Positions 36,201 through 45,373 of a DNA stretch of 64,000 nt are shown here, piece by piece. Every line of letters starts with the position of its first letter. The first letter of the stretch is position 1. A program made the position numbers and the translations under genes. Source of the stretch: a virus; the IMG/VR virus record IMGVR_UViG_3300038318_000232, positions 1-64,000 of that record; one strand, given 5' to 3'. The notes beneath the pieces were generated by a model that saw nothing but the letters and a program-made list of their open reading frames with translations, was not told the origin of the DNA and searched no databases.

Positions 36201-38145
36201 TAACCTTGGACCTAAGCTCATCGTACTGCCCGATAACGCTGTTTGCGTAAGCCGCATGTTCCTTGAACTCTTGATTGTCTTGGGCAATAACTCGCCCAAG
36301 AGCAATTGCAGCGGTTGTTACGGCTATGATACCTGCGACTACAGGCCCGCCCATGGCAGCAATTATTCCTTTGCCCAAATTAGATGCAAGCGTTGTTGCG
36401 CCGGTTAAAGCAGTCATTAATCCCCTGGTTGCTATGTTCGTAGCTCTAATAGGCACCGCCCACCCTGCCATCAATCCACCAATGCCGGCCATAGCGGAAC
36501 TAATGCCCAAGCCCTTCATGGCTGCGCTTAATAACTTTACCGCTACAGTCACTTCAACAAGAGTCAATAAAATAGTCTGACTGGTATCGTCCAAGTTATT
36601 AAACCACTGGACCACATCGGTTGTGCCCTCAACTAAACCTTTCAATTCGTTGAGCAATCCCGAATCACCCAAAGCTACCGCTAACTGCTCACAGGATGCC
36701 TTCAATACTTCGATCTGCTTGTCCAAGGTCTGCATGGTCCGTTCGTTTTCCTTCATGGAATACCCTAGTGCATTCTCTTGAGAAATCAGAACTTCATCAA
36801 CCTTAGACCAGTTTTGGAGTAAGGCCAGCAGATAATTCCGACGATAAACGCCTGCTGCCGCTTGAGATAGATCGCGCTGCTGTAAATCATTCCATTGTTC
36901 CTGCATCCCTGCTGCATCGGCCATTTCTTCAGAGAAAAGCCCTGCTGCTTCAGCTTCACTGGTAAATGCGTCTTTAGCCGCCTCTCCCATCTCCGGCCAT
37001 CTTGCCGCCATTTCGTCGAATATCTCTATAACGTTCCTGAATTCAGTCCGAGCTTCATTGGCAAATACCTGGATGCCCAAGTCCTCAAAGGTATTAATAG
37101 CCTTATCGCGCTGCATGAAAGAGAGGATACTATTTAAAGCATTTCCCACTTCTTTTCCAGTTCTTCCAGTAGCTTCCCGCATTGTAGTAATTAGGGCAAT
37201 GGTTTCTTCAAGGGTTAATCCAAGCACCTTTGCCGCGCCTGATGAGCGTTGAAGCCCGCCCACGAGGTCAGTGCTGGTCACGGCATAGTCGTCACTGACT
37301 TTATTTATTTTGTCTATCGTCGGGAGCAATTGCTCGGAAGTAAGCCCCCATTGCTGCATGATGCTTATCATTCCGGATGTCGCTTGTTCCGAGGAAAGCT
37401 CGGCGGTATTGAGGGCTAATAGCGAATCTTTAGTCAACTCCAGCGTTTCAGCCTGGTCGTAACCGGCCTGCGCCCACTTGATTGCAATATCGCTTACATC
37501 GCCCCAAGTATCGCCATATGTAACGCCTAATTGCTGAAGCTCATCCCGCATACCTTTGAAATTGAAATTTACATCTTCAGTCACACGGGCTATAGTTGTC
37601 ATGCCCTTCTCAACTTCTCTGATGGTTGATACCGTTTCGCCTATCCCGGCAATACCGCCAAACACGAGGCCCCCGGTAAACATCCAACTTGCCCGGCGCT
37701 CCATCAAGCCTGTAAAGCCCTGGGGCTTTTCTTCAAAAGCAGACCTCCTGGCCTGCATGTACAGCATCTTTTCTTGCTCTACCTGCCGCTTAACAATGGC
37801 TAATTCGGCATTAGCCTGCTTTTGTAGTGTAGTTTGCTGTACCAGTGCTTCCTTAGCTTTTATGGCCGAGATTTCCGCTTCACCCTTAGCAACTATAGCC
37901 GCCCTTCGCGCCTCTCCCTCTGCCGTGATCTGCGTAATCATAGCCTGCTGCGCTGTTACAGGCCCCACTACTTGGCCCGCTGTCTGCGTTCCGGTAGTAC
38001 CCAGATTCAGCTTCGTCCCGGCAACCTTTGCATTGAGGGAGTCAATTTCCCGTTTAAGCTGCTCAATTGAAGTTAAGGCCGGGGTGACGTTAACGCCCAG
38101 GGAGCTTATTATTTTCACTACAGCATCGTCTAACAACCTTATCAC
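33220..38145 (-). CDS. tail tape measure protein (1641 aa) with C-terminal copper-amine-oxidase-N-like domain
   Basis: Length, coiled-coil and TM-rich middle, TP901-type core (ARVTEDVNFNFKGMRDELQQLGVTYG); C-terminal GRSYASSRTIARKLGQSISWDG...NTVATALGYGVNWD. Confidence 0.9.
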   Translation of the reverse strand: MIRLLDDAVVKIISSLGVNVTPALTSIEQLKREIDSLNAKVAGTKLNLGTTGTQTAGQVVGPVTAQQAMITQITAEGEARRAAIVAKGEAEISAIKAKEALVQQTTLQKQANAELAIVKRQVEQEKMLYMQARRSAFEEKPQGFTGLMERRASWMFTGGLVFGGIAGIGETVSTIREVEKGMTTIARVTEDVNFNFKGMRDELQQLGVTYGDTWGDVSDIAIKWAQAGYDQAETLELTKDSLLALNTAELSSEQATSGMISIMQQWGLTSEQLLPTIDKINKVSDDYAVTSTDLVGGLQRSSGAAKVLGLTLEETIALITTMREATGRTGKEVGNALNSILSFMQRDKAINTFEDLGIQVFANEARTEFRNVIEIFDEMAARWPEMGEAAKDAFTSEAEAAGLFSEEMADAAGMQEQWNDLQQRDLSQAAAGVYRRNYLLALLQNWSKVDEVLISQENALGYSMKENERTMQTLDKQIEVLKASCEQLAVALGDSGLLNELKGLVEGTTDVVQWFNNLDDTSQTILLTLVEVTVAVKLLSAAMKGLGISSAMAGIGGLMAGWAVPIRATNIATRGLMTALTGATTLASNLGKGIIAAMGGPVVAGIIAVTTAAIALGRVIAQDNQEFKEHAAYANSVIGQYDELRSKVNNATEGTKEHTDALKEYNRALSGIGDKIPELITGYDEYNERITINEKKLRELAEAGKELESIDAKSTIAESELDNLKKQVAVEDKLAQTAQNNKQLLSDLVAKRNELSAALAKQSKDSKEAAKSETELSDIDKLIAKTATEGGLARLESAGFTTEAINSEIAKLEEERVAHINNKINFLEQEKVKTENLKSLIIQRLQLYEAEINALAAGEKWYQKVMGISTGIPLAPGGFAAQGIEKLSKLGVGWAQTAAKYLPQNYIPAEITGDYQNAINQGSAQVNALNAELIEVQDAIDEAKAEALKISTGTSSGGGGPSSKSGGGGSSSDAITEYLKNLGDAAKQFELVNAQLESSLDSVNQKLSVAGAEYDYLNGKMESGVYTAQDYARMQELVAIKSALITDEQSRLSNANDVYQREIAALTPLLSEAMSEYEKYKDAGDVEHMEDAADAASSLQGEIDGLTGAIADNTAKIYSNKTALDELSRSTYAKYYQNMKDWLSHMEAIGEMSVKQQLKYLDALDETKLSMKDLWDLQEREYQARKKLLDDEMKSLKKAYDARMDAYEEEIKANKRLIDSKKDAIDTYRAGIDAQIAAIQELMDLLDEEDESADRESQLQDHNEAIAELEEQLLYEQVRTGIDHQRNMEDIQKQMAEENRKWAEKQAQWGRQDQKDAYQDQIDALEEKADAYEDAMNEEIKVLEKTNDAKKDEMERYYDQIQDMLDESSLEMLASLSLHGDEAVAEVEAIMGKIKDAIQRGDLAAVSTLMSQLQAALGTAQGTYDSYTGGGSGGAPTQPGSSPVATFSSGEYYLENGRSYASSRTIARKLGQSISWDGSMVTIGGKKFYPAKIDSSGLSYLGINTVATALGYGVNWDQASGIVSILKQAHTGAYVTRTGAAELLKGERVLSPELTVSFDRLASILAESSLSARGVTNNNIFGGNVDMSVVERKLDRLIAVMSSKNILTGGPLVNIEHAGFEDKADMQVLGVQVRDMLGARG

Positions 38146-38243
38146 CTACTTTCGGGCAATAAAAAAACGGCCCATTTCGAGCCATTATTTGTAAAATCAG
38201 ATTTTACTGAATATACTTATAGAAAAACGTGGGGGCGATCCAT

Positions 38244-38807
38244 GTGAAGCATCTACTCGTCATTGCCTTAATAATTACCGGGATCATGTTCATTTTCGGT
38301 TGTGCAAACCAACCTCAATATGTCATGGAGGATTCATACAAACTAATTCTTAGCGACCAGACCATGGTCAAAGATCAGGCCCGGTTATATGAAGAGATAG
38401 CCAAAGGTGCATTGAGCAATGGTTCATATATGTATGCGACTTGCGACTACTCCAAATATGTAGAGCCAATTTCTGCAACCATAGTAAATGAACCCGCCCA
38501 AAAAGTAGTCGTAAAGTGGAAAAACATCAGCGACAAAACTATTGACACAACTCAATGGAGGACTTACTACCTGGATTCCGAAGGTAAACAGATTGAATCA
38601 GGGATTGTTGCTAATAGCACAGAAAAGATCAAACCTGGTGAAGTAGGAACCGCCACTGGATTATTTAAAAGCCATTGGGAAAGGCCTAATGAAGTCGCTC
38701 CCAATTGGGATGGTAAGTCAATGGGAGTAAAAAACGTATTTATTCTTTTTGAAGCTCCCAAACAAGATGCCCAGGTTAAAGGTGTTGTCGCAGTACCAGC
38801 AAATTAA
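38244..38807 (+). CDS. lipoprotein (moron inside the tail module)
   Basis: MKHLLVIALIITGIMFIFGC lipobox-type signal; opposite strand, AT-rich. Confidence 0.65.
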   Translation: MKHLLVIALIITGIMFIFGCANQPQYVMEDSYKLILSDQTMVKDQARLYEEIAKGALSNGSYMYATCDYSKYVEPISATIVNEPAQKVVVKWKNISDKTIDTTQWRTYYLDSEGKQIESGIVANSTEKIKPGEVGTATGLFKSHWERPNEVAPNWDGKSMGVKNVFILFEAPKQDAQVKGVVAVPAN

Positions 38808-39103
38808 AGCCCCCCAAACATAGCCAGCACAGACATGGCATCGTCAACGGTATACGGCTTTTCGCCATCCTCATTATCCTTGTCGCCATAACCCAGAAAC
38901 GGGGCTCGTTTAAGGTTAACTTCATCCGGCAGATTCGCCAAGATAGCATGAAACCCCGGAATGGGTAGTTCAGGTATATCAAAATAGCCAATATTGGTAT
39001 GGCTCACTATTTTCGTGTAAACGTACCCCCAATCTACAGGGGCATAATGTAAAATACCCCCGCAATGAGGGCAAAGGTCGCCTGTCATTAAATCGCCAGG
39101 CAC
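38804..39103 (-). CDS. CxxC protein, possibly the T part of a tail assembly chaperone G/GT pair
   Basis: Frame is -1 relative to 39160..39483 and stays open up to 39172; also has its own GTG with AAAGGG SD. Confidence 0.45.
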   Translation of the reverse strand: MPGDLMTGDLCPHCGGILHYAPVDWGYVYTKIVSHTNIGYFDIPELPIPGFHAILANLPDEVNLKRAPFLGYGDKDNEDGEKPYTVDDAMSVLAMFGGL

Positions 39104-39159
39104 ATCATGCCCTTTGTCGCAGACGACCTTGCCTTTAGAATCCTCTCGCGGGGGGTTGG

Positions 39160-39483
39160 TCAGCCCGAGAAGTCAACCAACTTTCTCCAGAACGTCTTAA
39201 TGTCCGCTATAGTCCAATCATCATTCTCAATGGTTTCCAGTGTCACAGGTTCGCCATCTTCCGTGAAAAGATGCCTGCCCAACCACTTAATCAAAGTGGC
39301 CTTGGCATCCGGGTCCATAAGGGTTAAATACTGCGAACCAAAATTGACGTTATCCTGGGTAAACTCTTCACTTTCCTTAACTTTAAGGACGGTTATTTGG
39401 TACTGTTTACCGGCAATTTCAATAGTAGTGCCGCTTCCCGCCATTACAGAAAACGGCACCGGTTTTGCCTCCTTCTTGGTCAT
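39160..39483 (-). CDS. tail assembly chaperone (gpG-like)
   Basis: 107 aa between the major tail protein and the tape measure region. Confidence 0.6.
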   Translation of the reverse strand: MTKKEAKPVPFSVMAGSGTTIEIAGKQYQITVLKVKESEEFTQDNVNFGSQYLTLMDPDAKATLIKWLGRHLFTEDGEPVTLETIENDDWTIADIKTFWRKLVDFSG

Positions 39484-39496
39484 CAGATATTACCTC

Positions 39497-40252
39497 CTAT
39501 CTGGCCACCCGGTAGTCAACAGGTTTATAGCCCGCACGGGGCTTCTGCAATTTAAAGGTTACGGACCACCCGGCAGGCTCTTTCTTCCTGATAGGCGGCT
39601 TAATATCCCCGGTCGGCGATACGGTATCAAATATCCAGGAGTCGGCCTTGCTGGTGCCCTCGTCATCTGCCAGCACCGCATTTCCTGCGATTCTAAGCTC
39701 AAACAAAGGCCGGTTGCCTTCAGAGGGCAATTCCATCTTGTCAGCGGTAGTAGACACATCAAACGCCAGGGCTATCTCTTCGCCAGCATTGGCCGAGCTA
39801 AAGGTAAACACTGAGCCAGATACGCTGAACTGACCAACAGCAGGCGCACCCGACACCTTGACATACGGGCTATCAGCGGCATCATGCACCACAGGCACAG
39901 GATCAGCGGCAGGAGTCCCGGCATCACTGGTAACGTCAATCGTAAACCCACTAGACGGGACAGTCTTTTGCAATATATGCCGGATGCCAAAAGAACTATT
40001 TTCAGTTAAAGTCGCGCCGCAGAAGGCCGCATAAATCTTGGGAACAAAGGTGGAGAAATTAACCGCCACCTGTCCCTCTTTGCCAGCGGAAAACTCCATA
40101 TCATAGTCAGAGTTTCCGTCAGGCAAAGTCGTGGTCTTTTGATTGATTGAGGGTTCAATGGATTCAACAACGCCAACCTGTAAAAAGCGAACCAGGTCGC
40201 TACGCCGGATAAGCTCAATGCTACCCGCTTTCTTGTAAACAAGTTTTGCCAT
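39497..40252 (-). CDS. major tail protein
   Basis: 251 aa, position upstream of the chaperones, beta-rich. Confidence 0.7.
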   Translation of the reverse strand: MAKLVYKKAGSIELIRRSDLVRFLQVGVVESIEPSINQKTTTLPDGNSDYDMEFSAGKEGQVAVNFSTFVPKIYAAFCGATLTENSSFGIRHILQKTVPSSGFTIDVTSDAGTPAADPVPVVHDAADSPYVKVSGAPAVGQFSVSGSVFTFSSANAGEEIALAFDVSTTADKMELPSEGNRPLFELRIAGNAVLADDEGTSKADSWIFDTVSPTGDIKPPIRKKEPAGWSVTFKLQKPRAGYKPVDYRVAR

Positions 40253-40272
40253 TCGGTTTTTCACATCCTTTC

Positions 40273-40701
40273 TTACTTGATTGCGTAGAAGGTGAATCTC
40301 GCTCCTACACAAATAAAGCCAGTCGCGGAGGGTAATTCTCCTAACTGGCCTTCAAACTCATATATTCTGTTGCCTATTTGTTGGTCGTAGAGCAGTTTTT
40401 CTACTCTTGCTATGGTCCGGTAAGCTATATAATCCTGTGCGGCTGGCACATGGCAGTCTACTTGCAGAACTTCATTGGTTACGATCGATAGCCTTGAGGT
40501 CCGTGACGGTCGAAAGTAGCAGCACAATCGCTTTTCGTTGTTCGCCAAGTCAGTCCATATGCTGCGCTTAAGAATATGCTTGACTCTTTCTACCTGAGTC
40601 GCAGAAGTCAGGCCTAAATGAGTTAGAATCTGACTATCAGTCAACAATAAGGCTTGTAGTGTATTCAGATCGGTTTCGGGTGAGAAGGACAAAGGCATCA
40701 C
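40273..40701 (-). CDS. tail completion / tail terminator-like protein
   Basis: Synteny; AAAGGCAGGTGATGCC box, likely TTG start at 40692. Confidence 0.5.
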   Translation of the reverse strand: MMPLSFSPETDLNTLQALLLTDSQILTHLGLTSATQVERVKHILKRSIWTDLANNEKRLCCYFRPSRTSRLSIVTNEVLQVDCHVPAAQDYIAYRTIARVEKLLYDQQIGNRIYEFEGQLGELPSATGFICVGARFTFYAIK

Positions 40702-40715
40702 CTGCCTTTCAAGTT

Positions 40716-40758
40716 AAAAACCCCACTAACCTGTAAGGATTACTTACAAGTTGCGGGG
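40716..40758 (-). terminator. intrinsic terminator inside the late operon
   Basis: Minus strand CCCCGCAACTTGTAAG...CTTACAGGTTAGTGGGG followed by TTTTT. Confidence 0.5.
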
Positions 40759-40817
40759 CCAAATCACATTTCTACTGAAGGTCCGCTTCCTATCGGTATC
40801 ATTAGGCATCACCTGCC

Positions 40818-41363
40818 TTAATCCGGTGTGACAATAATAAAACTTCCCCAAGGAAAAGCCATCATTGCCTCGCGCCAGATGATCTGTATTCTTCCGTTAG
40901 CCATCCACCGGCCCGCTGTTTCCATGGCGTGACTCGGAGGTTGGGGAGCGAATTTACCACCCTTGGCTTCCAGATCCACCCCGCCCACGTTGGAGTTAGA
41001 ATAGACCTGTTCACCAAAAATGTTTGTATACGGTCCACGCTCCCGGCTACGAATGGTATTGTCGTACCTGGCCGGGTTCCATAGTTCACTAGCCTTGTAA
41101 GCGTCAAGGGCAGGATTAGAGTTGTCCATAAGCGAACCACGGCCAAACTCGTCCATTGCCGCCCAAGCTCCACCTGACACGTTAGCCACAATGAAATCAC
41201 CGAGCAAGGCTATTTCTTCAGGCTTAAGCGATTCCGCGCCTTCAGGTGTCAGCATATGAGACTTGGCTTCTGCAAGGTATTCCTGCTGGATTAGGAGCAA
41301 GGTAGCGATAACATGCTCCCGGAAAGCGACCATGCAAGCGGTAGAATTGAATTTAACGCCCAA
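40818..41363 (-). CDS. head-tail joining protein (HK97 gp10-like position)
   Basis: Synteny only. Confidence 0.45.
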   Translation of the reverse strand: MGVKFNSTACMVAFREHVIATLLLIQQEYLAEAKSHMLTPEGAESLKPEEIALLGDFIVANVSGGAWAAMDEFGRGSLMDNSNPALDAYKASELWNPARYDNTIRSRERGPYTNIFGEQVYSNSNVGGVDLEAKGGKFAPQPPSHAMETAGRWMANGRIQIIWREAMMAFPWGSFIIVTPD

Positions 41364-41375
41364 TTGCCACCACCC

Positions 41376-41957
41376 CTATGTCCTGGTATCCGAACCGCAT
41401 TGAATTCTGCTCACGCCTTCCAACATCAGCGAATCAATGGCGTTTACCATCAAGTTTTCACCAGTCAAAATCACGCGGTCCATCACCTGCAAGCCAGCAC
41501 TCGCCGGGACAAAGAATAAATACTTGGAAGAATCCAGCAAACCAGGGTCGCTCGCCCTTAATTGAGCCGTTACTATCTGCCCATAGCCCTCTATGACAGC
41601 CCCGCTAGGAGTCCATCCCCAAACCTCAACAATGTTGTTGTCAGCGTCCAGAGATGCAGTTATCCGTTGGGGGGTCAGGCCTACATTAGTCTTAACAGCG
41701 AAAAAAGCAAGCTCTCCACTAGCCGGGTCCGTATTTGCGGACTGCACTAAATAGTTGTCCGTTCCTACGGTCATGATTTCGCCGCCTACCAGATTAGTCG
41801 CGGCATCGGTAATACCTTCCCAGAAGGAATCCCTTATGCCGGGGTCCCTGGTGGCCCTAGTGGATCGCTTCATACTGACGATGGTGGTCGCCGGTGGCGT
41901 TCGCTGGATGGTGGCCATCTGCCCATGTGCCCGTAAATAGCGTTTAGCGTAGGACAT
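41376..41957 (-). CDS. head closure / head-tail adaptor protein
   Basis: Synteny only. Confidence 0.45.
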   Translation of the reverse strand: MSYAKRYLRAHGQMATIQRTPPATTIVSMKRSTRATRDPGIRDSFWEGITDAATNLVGGEIMTVGTDNYLVQSANTDPASGELAFFAVKTNVGLTPQRITASLDADNNIVEVWGWTPSGAVIEGYGQIVTAQLRASDPGLLDSSKYLFFVPASAGLQVMDRVILTGENLMVNAIDSLMLEGVSRIQCGSDTRT

Positions 41958-41961
41958 ATTA

Positions 41962-42372
41962 TCACCCCCGCCAACTTATAACGCCGAAATGGGGGACCGT
42001 AGCAAGCCCACCAGCATCAACTATTTTTGTTAGATAGCCGTCTCGGTCGACTCCCAGAATGGCTTGCAGTTTGGTCCAATCAGTGTCCAATTCGTAGGTC
42101 ACATGCGGTCCCTGCTCCTTTGCAGGGAGCCTCGCGGGCATTGACGGGCAGGCTAATATAGCACATTCGCAAACCGTAGCGGCTTCGAGATACACCTTAT
42201 CCGTACCCGTCTTACTCGCATAGTCCGGGACCTGCTCAATTATATTGGCTTCGGCAATGTCGATGATTTCTGGTTGCTGGAGATCCGCATCAGGAAGATA
42301 AGCCGCATCCACCCCCAGTTTGGAGCGTATGCGGCCTTCCCATCCCGGACTCGTTAGAATTTTATTGGGCAT
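41962..42372 (-). CDS. head-tail connector (gp6-like) protein
   Basis: Synteny only; directly after the capsid gene. Confidence 0.45.
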   Translation of the reverse strand: MPNKILTSPGWEGRIRSKLGVDAAYLPDADLQQPEIIDIAEANIIEQVPDYASKTGTDKVYLEAATVCECAILACPSMPARLPAKEQGPHVTYELDTDWTKLQAILGVDRDGYLTKIVDAGGLATVPHFGVISWRG

Positions 42373-42389
42373 AAGGGGTAGCCCCCTTT

Positions 42390-43484
42390 CTAAGCACCTA
42401 TTTTCAGGATGCCCGTTGCTTCGTTGAAAAGCTTACCGTATCCGTTCGCCTCGGATACCGTCAAGGTTTCAACTTGACGCTTAATAAAGCGCTGCGATTC
42501 GCTTATATCCGACCCAGCGACAGTTACTTCCTCTATGGCATGCTGACTGTTGATGCCCACTAAGTCCTTAGCGGTTACATCTTCATGCCAGAACAGTTTC
42601 AGGCTCTTGTTGGGCATTTGGGGAGAAGCAACATTAAACCCGCCAGCCTGCCCCTGTGACAGCAGCCAGAGCAATTGAGCAATACCGACTCCGGTAGTGT
42701 TGGTCAGCACCAGGTCAACGTAGGTATCCTTGTCGGCGATCAGAATATCGCAAGGGAATAATTCAAACTCCATGAGGAACTTCAGGAATCCCTTTGCTGT
42801 TAGGGTTCCGGCAGTCGCATCAGTGTCCAAGTCGGTCAGATTATAAGTGGTAGCGGCGTTATCGTTGCCATCTCCGTTCTCGATTACATCCAGAATGTCA
42901 TATACTTTGTCCTTGGCGGTCTGCATGCCGACACGCTTAATAAACAGGGCCAGCAGGTCAATTTGCATCTGTTTTACGAACTCATAGGAATAGTCAATCG
43001 CCCGTCCATATTTCCAAAGCACAATGTTTTGCTTTCTGCCAACAATCTTAGAGGTTGGCAGTTCAGCAGCCTCACCGAAGCGCACCTTGTGCTGCGCCGC
43101 AGGCTGATCGTCAATATAGTAAGTCTTATAAGAGTCACTATTGATCGTGGTGCGTTTACCGATGAGGTAGGGCAGCATGGTATCGTTAATAATCGCTTCA
43201 CGTACCTGCCGAGCCACAAACTCGGGGAAAAGTATTTCATCAACTCCGGTGCGGAAAAACGCCTGCACCTGATCAGCCTGCCGGCCACCGAAAACCGAAC
43301 TTGTCTGAATCCCCCGATGCAGTAACATTTGGCGAAAGCCATCAAGGTTCGGGCGCTCCGGGTCTTTTTTGAGAGCTTCGTTAAAATATGCCGACAGCGA
43401 GGTCTTTTCTTCGATAATCTTGTCGTAAATATTCCAGGTTAATTCGATTTCACCGGGGCTTAATTTCTTTGCAGCCATAACCAT
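42390..43484 (-). CDS. major capsid protein
   Basis: 364 aa, position after protease-scaffold and decoration genes. Confidence 0.75.
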   Translation of the reverse strand: MVMAAKKLSPGEIELTWNIYDKIIEEKTSLSAYFNEALKKDPERPNLDGFRQMLLHRGIQTSSVFGGRQADQVQAFFRTGVDEILFPEFVARQVREAIINDTMLPYLIGKRTTINSDSYKTYYIDDQPAAQHKVRFGEAAELPTSKIVGRKQNIVLWKYGRAIDYSYEFVKQMQIDLLALFIKRVGMQTAKDKVYDILDVIENGDGNDNAATTYNLTDLDTDATAGTLTAKGFLKFLMEFELFPCDILIADKDTYVDLVLTNTTGVGIAQLLWLLSQGQAGGFNVASPQMPNKSLKLFWHEDVTAKDLVGINSQHAIEEVTVAGSDISESQRFIKRQVETLTVSEANGYGKLFNEATGILKIGA

Positions 43485-43515
43485 CTTGTTATTTCACTTC
43501 CTTTCTTCTCGGCAA

Positions 43516-43935
43516 TTAGCCGATAAATACCATGACAGGGCCGGTAGCGGCGGTCCCTACATCAACGACAAAACTTCTACCCGTTGCACCGGTCGAGGGC
43601 ATTACAGCGCCAGCACCGTTAACTACCAGCACGTTGCCAGCAATCGGCAGGGAGCCAGATACACCAGTAAACGAGGTATAGCCCATATCTTGGACGGTCA
43701 TCACATCATCAGAATGATAATGCTCCACTTTCCCCAGTAACCGGTCGCCAGCGGAGCCGAACCCAGCGGTCATATTGCCGGTAATGGTCACAGCCATGCC
43801 TTCTGCCACGGCTCTGCCGGCAGCAGCCTTGGGGCCACCAGCGGCCAAAACAGCTGCTTTTAATGTCGCGTCCGCTTTCCAAGTACTCGCGTTCGCATGA
43901 ATCTGCTCAAAATCGAGTCTCTCTCTACGCTTCAA
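43516..43935 (-). CDS. DUF2190-like head decoration protein
   Basis: Gly/Ala-rich 139 aa directly upstream of the capsid gene. Confidence 0.55.
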   Translation of the reverse strand: MKRRERLDFEQIHANASTWKADATLKAAVLAAGGPKAAAGRAVAEGMAVTITGNMTAGFGSAGDRLLGKVEHYHSDDVMTVQDMGYTSFTGVSGSLPIAGNVLVVNGAGAVMPSTGATGRSFVVDVGTAATGPVMVFIG

Positions 43936-43974
43936 TTCAGTTCACTTCCTTTCAAAATCCGTAAAAATGGGAAT

Positions 43975-43995
43975 AAAAAAACCGCTCTAAAGCGG
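43975..43995 (-). terminator. intrinsic terminator inside the late operon
   Basis: Minus strand CCGCT-TTAG-AGCGG followed by TTTTTTT. Confidence 0.55.
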
Positions 43996-44029
43996 AGTTA
44001 TTGTGGTTATTTAGTTGTTGTAGCCAGTG

Positions 44030-45340
44030 CTACGCTTTGAACGCATCGTCTGGCAGGTCGTTTTTGGAGAAGATTTCTTTTCCGGCTCCCGCCTGGGTTT
44101 GACGACCAGCGGGGATTTCATCTTTGGCCTGCTTCTCAAAGGTCGCCATGATGTCCTTGATGCCCTGAGAACTCATGCCAGCAAAAGTATTCTTCCAGGT
44201 TTCTGCCGGGAAGTCGTTGCCCTGAGCGCGAACACCCATAGCCACTGCATCGTCAATAAGCTGAGTCATATAGGATTCGCCCTCTTTGGCATAGGATAAA
44301 ACCTTGTCGGCAGGCAGTTCTTTGCCTAGCTTGTCAACTACGTCCTGCTGGGTCATGTAAAGCTCAATGGATTTCAAAGCTTCTCCTATCTCTTTTCCGG
44401 TTTCAGCAGTTTTAGCCAAGGCATCGGCAACGGCCTTATCAGCCGCATCTTTTACCAGAGCGTCAACTTCTTCCTGGGTATAGGTTTTAACATCTTCACT
44501 CACTTGTTTTCCACCACCTTTCAAATTCGATAAATCGGGGACTGTAAAGACGTTGCCTTTTGCGATGTCGTCTTTCTTGGCATAGGTGATCAGGGTTTCC
44601 CTACCAGCACTCATAATGTGGTAGGTTCTAACCCCAAAAGGTACTTCTTTGATGTTTTCCACCATAGCAAAGGGACTAGGTACGCCTTGCCCGCCCTCTC
44701 CAATAGCCGACAATACGCCAGCAGTAGGATAAGCACCATCAAAGACAAGACTATCCTCCATGAGAAAGCCAGGGGGCTTGGCAATATCCCAACATAGCTT
44801 TTCTTCGCCGTTTACATCATAAGTTTTGCCGGGATAATGTTCACACTCGCTATAACGCCTAATATCTTTATGGCAAATTGAGCATTCGTGGGTATCTGCG
44901 CCCCAACCTATGGAAGTGTCAAATAGTGTGCCCGATTCAATACCCTGGATAAGAGAATTGGTATTAATGCCATCAATCTCCATTCCCTTGACCATGTAAA
45001 ACCAGGCATCCAATGCCCATTTCTCGGAATCAGTATCGCCATGGCGCAACTTGGCGTCAAAGCTTCTGCCGTAGGTAAATGCTCCCCGAGGTCTGCCCCC
45101 CATTCCAAATAGCCCGCTAGGTGCCCAGGAATGGTCCACCATAAGAGACACGCCCTTTATAGCATCCTGCTTAAATACTTCCAGCAAAGTCTTGTGAAGC
45201 TGAATATAGCGTTCAGGGATTACCATGTCGCCAGCTAACTTGTTGGGGAAAACAAAAACCTCGTCCGCAGACAAGGTTCTCTTCGCCAGCATATTTATTT
45301 TTTCCAATTGCCCCGCTGTCGGGACTCCAAATTCAGCCAA
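44030..45340 (-). CDS. prohead protease - scaffold fusion protein
   Basis: N-terminal SLMVDHSW-type segment reminiscent of HK97-family prohead proteases, Cys/His cluster, Ala/Lys/Glu-rich coiled-coil C-terminal half; sits between portal and capsid. Confidence 0.6.
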   Translation of the reverse strand: MAEFGVPTAGQLEKINMLAKRTLSADEVFVFPNKLAGDMVIPERYIQLHKTLLEVFKQDAIKGVSLMVDHSWAPSGLFGMGGRPRGAFTYGRSFDAKLRHGDTDSEKWALDAWFYMVKGMEIDGINTNSLIQGIESGTLFDTSIGWGADTHECSICHKDIRRYSECEHYPGKTYDVNGEEKLCWDIAKPPGFLMEDSLVFDGAYPTAGVLSAIGEGGQGVPSPFAMVENIKEVPFGVRTYHIMSAGRETLITYAKKDDIAKGNVFTVPDLSNLKGGGKQVSEDVKTYTQEEVDALVKDAADKAVADALAKTAETGKEIGEALKSIELYMTQQDVVDKLGKELPADKVLSYAKEGESYMTQLIDDAVAMGVRAQGNDFPAETWKNTFAGMSSQGIKDIMATFEKQAKDEIPAGRQTQAGAGKEIFSKNDLPDDAFKA

Positions 45341-45373
45341 TCATTTTCACCACCTTTCATAGGGTAATGGCGA

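Noticed and set aside
33269-38194. Many + strand ORFs (60-212 aa) antisense to the tape measure gene
   Set aside because: They have no SDs and low-complexity Ser/Leu/Ala-rich translations, as expected for the reverse frames of a long repetitive coiled-coil gene. The 1641-aa minus-strand ORF explains the region.
39107-39814. 235-aa + strand ORF
   Set aside because: It is antisense to the major tail protein and chaperone genes, has no SD, and its composition is typical of a shadow ORF.
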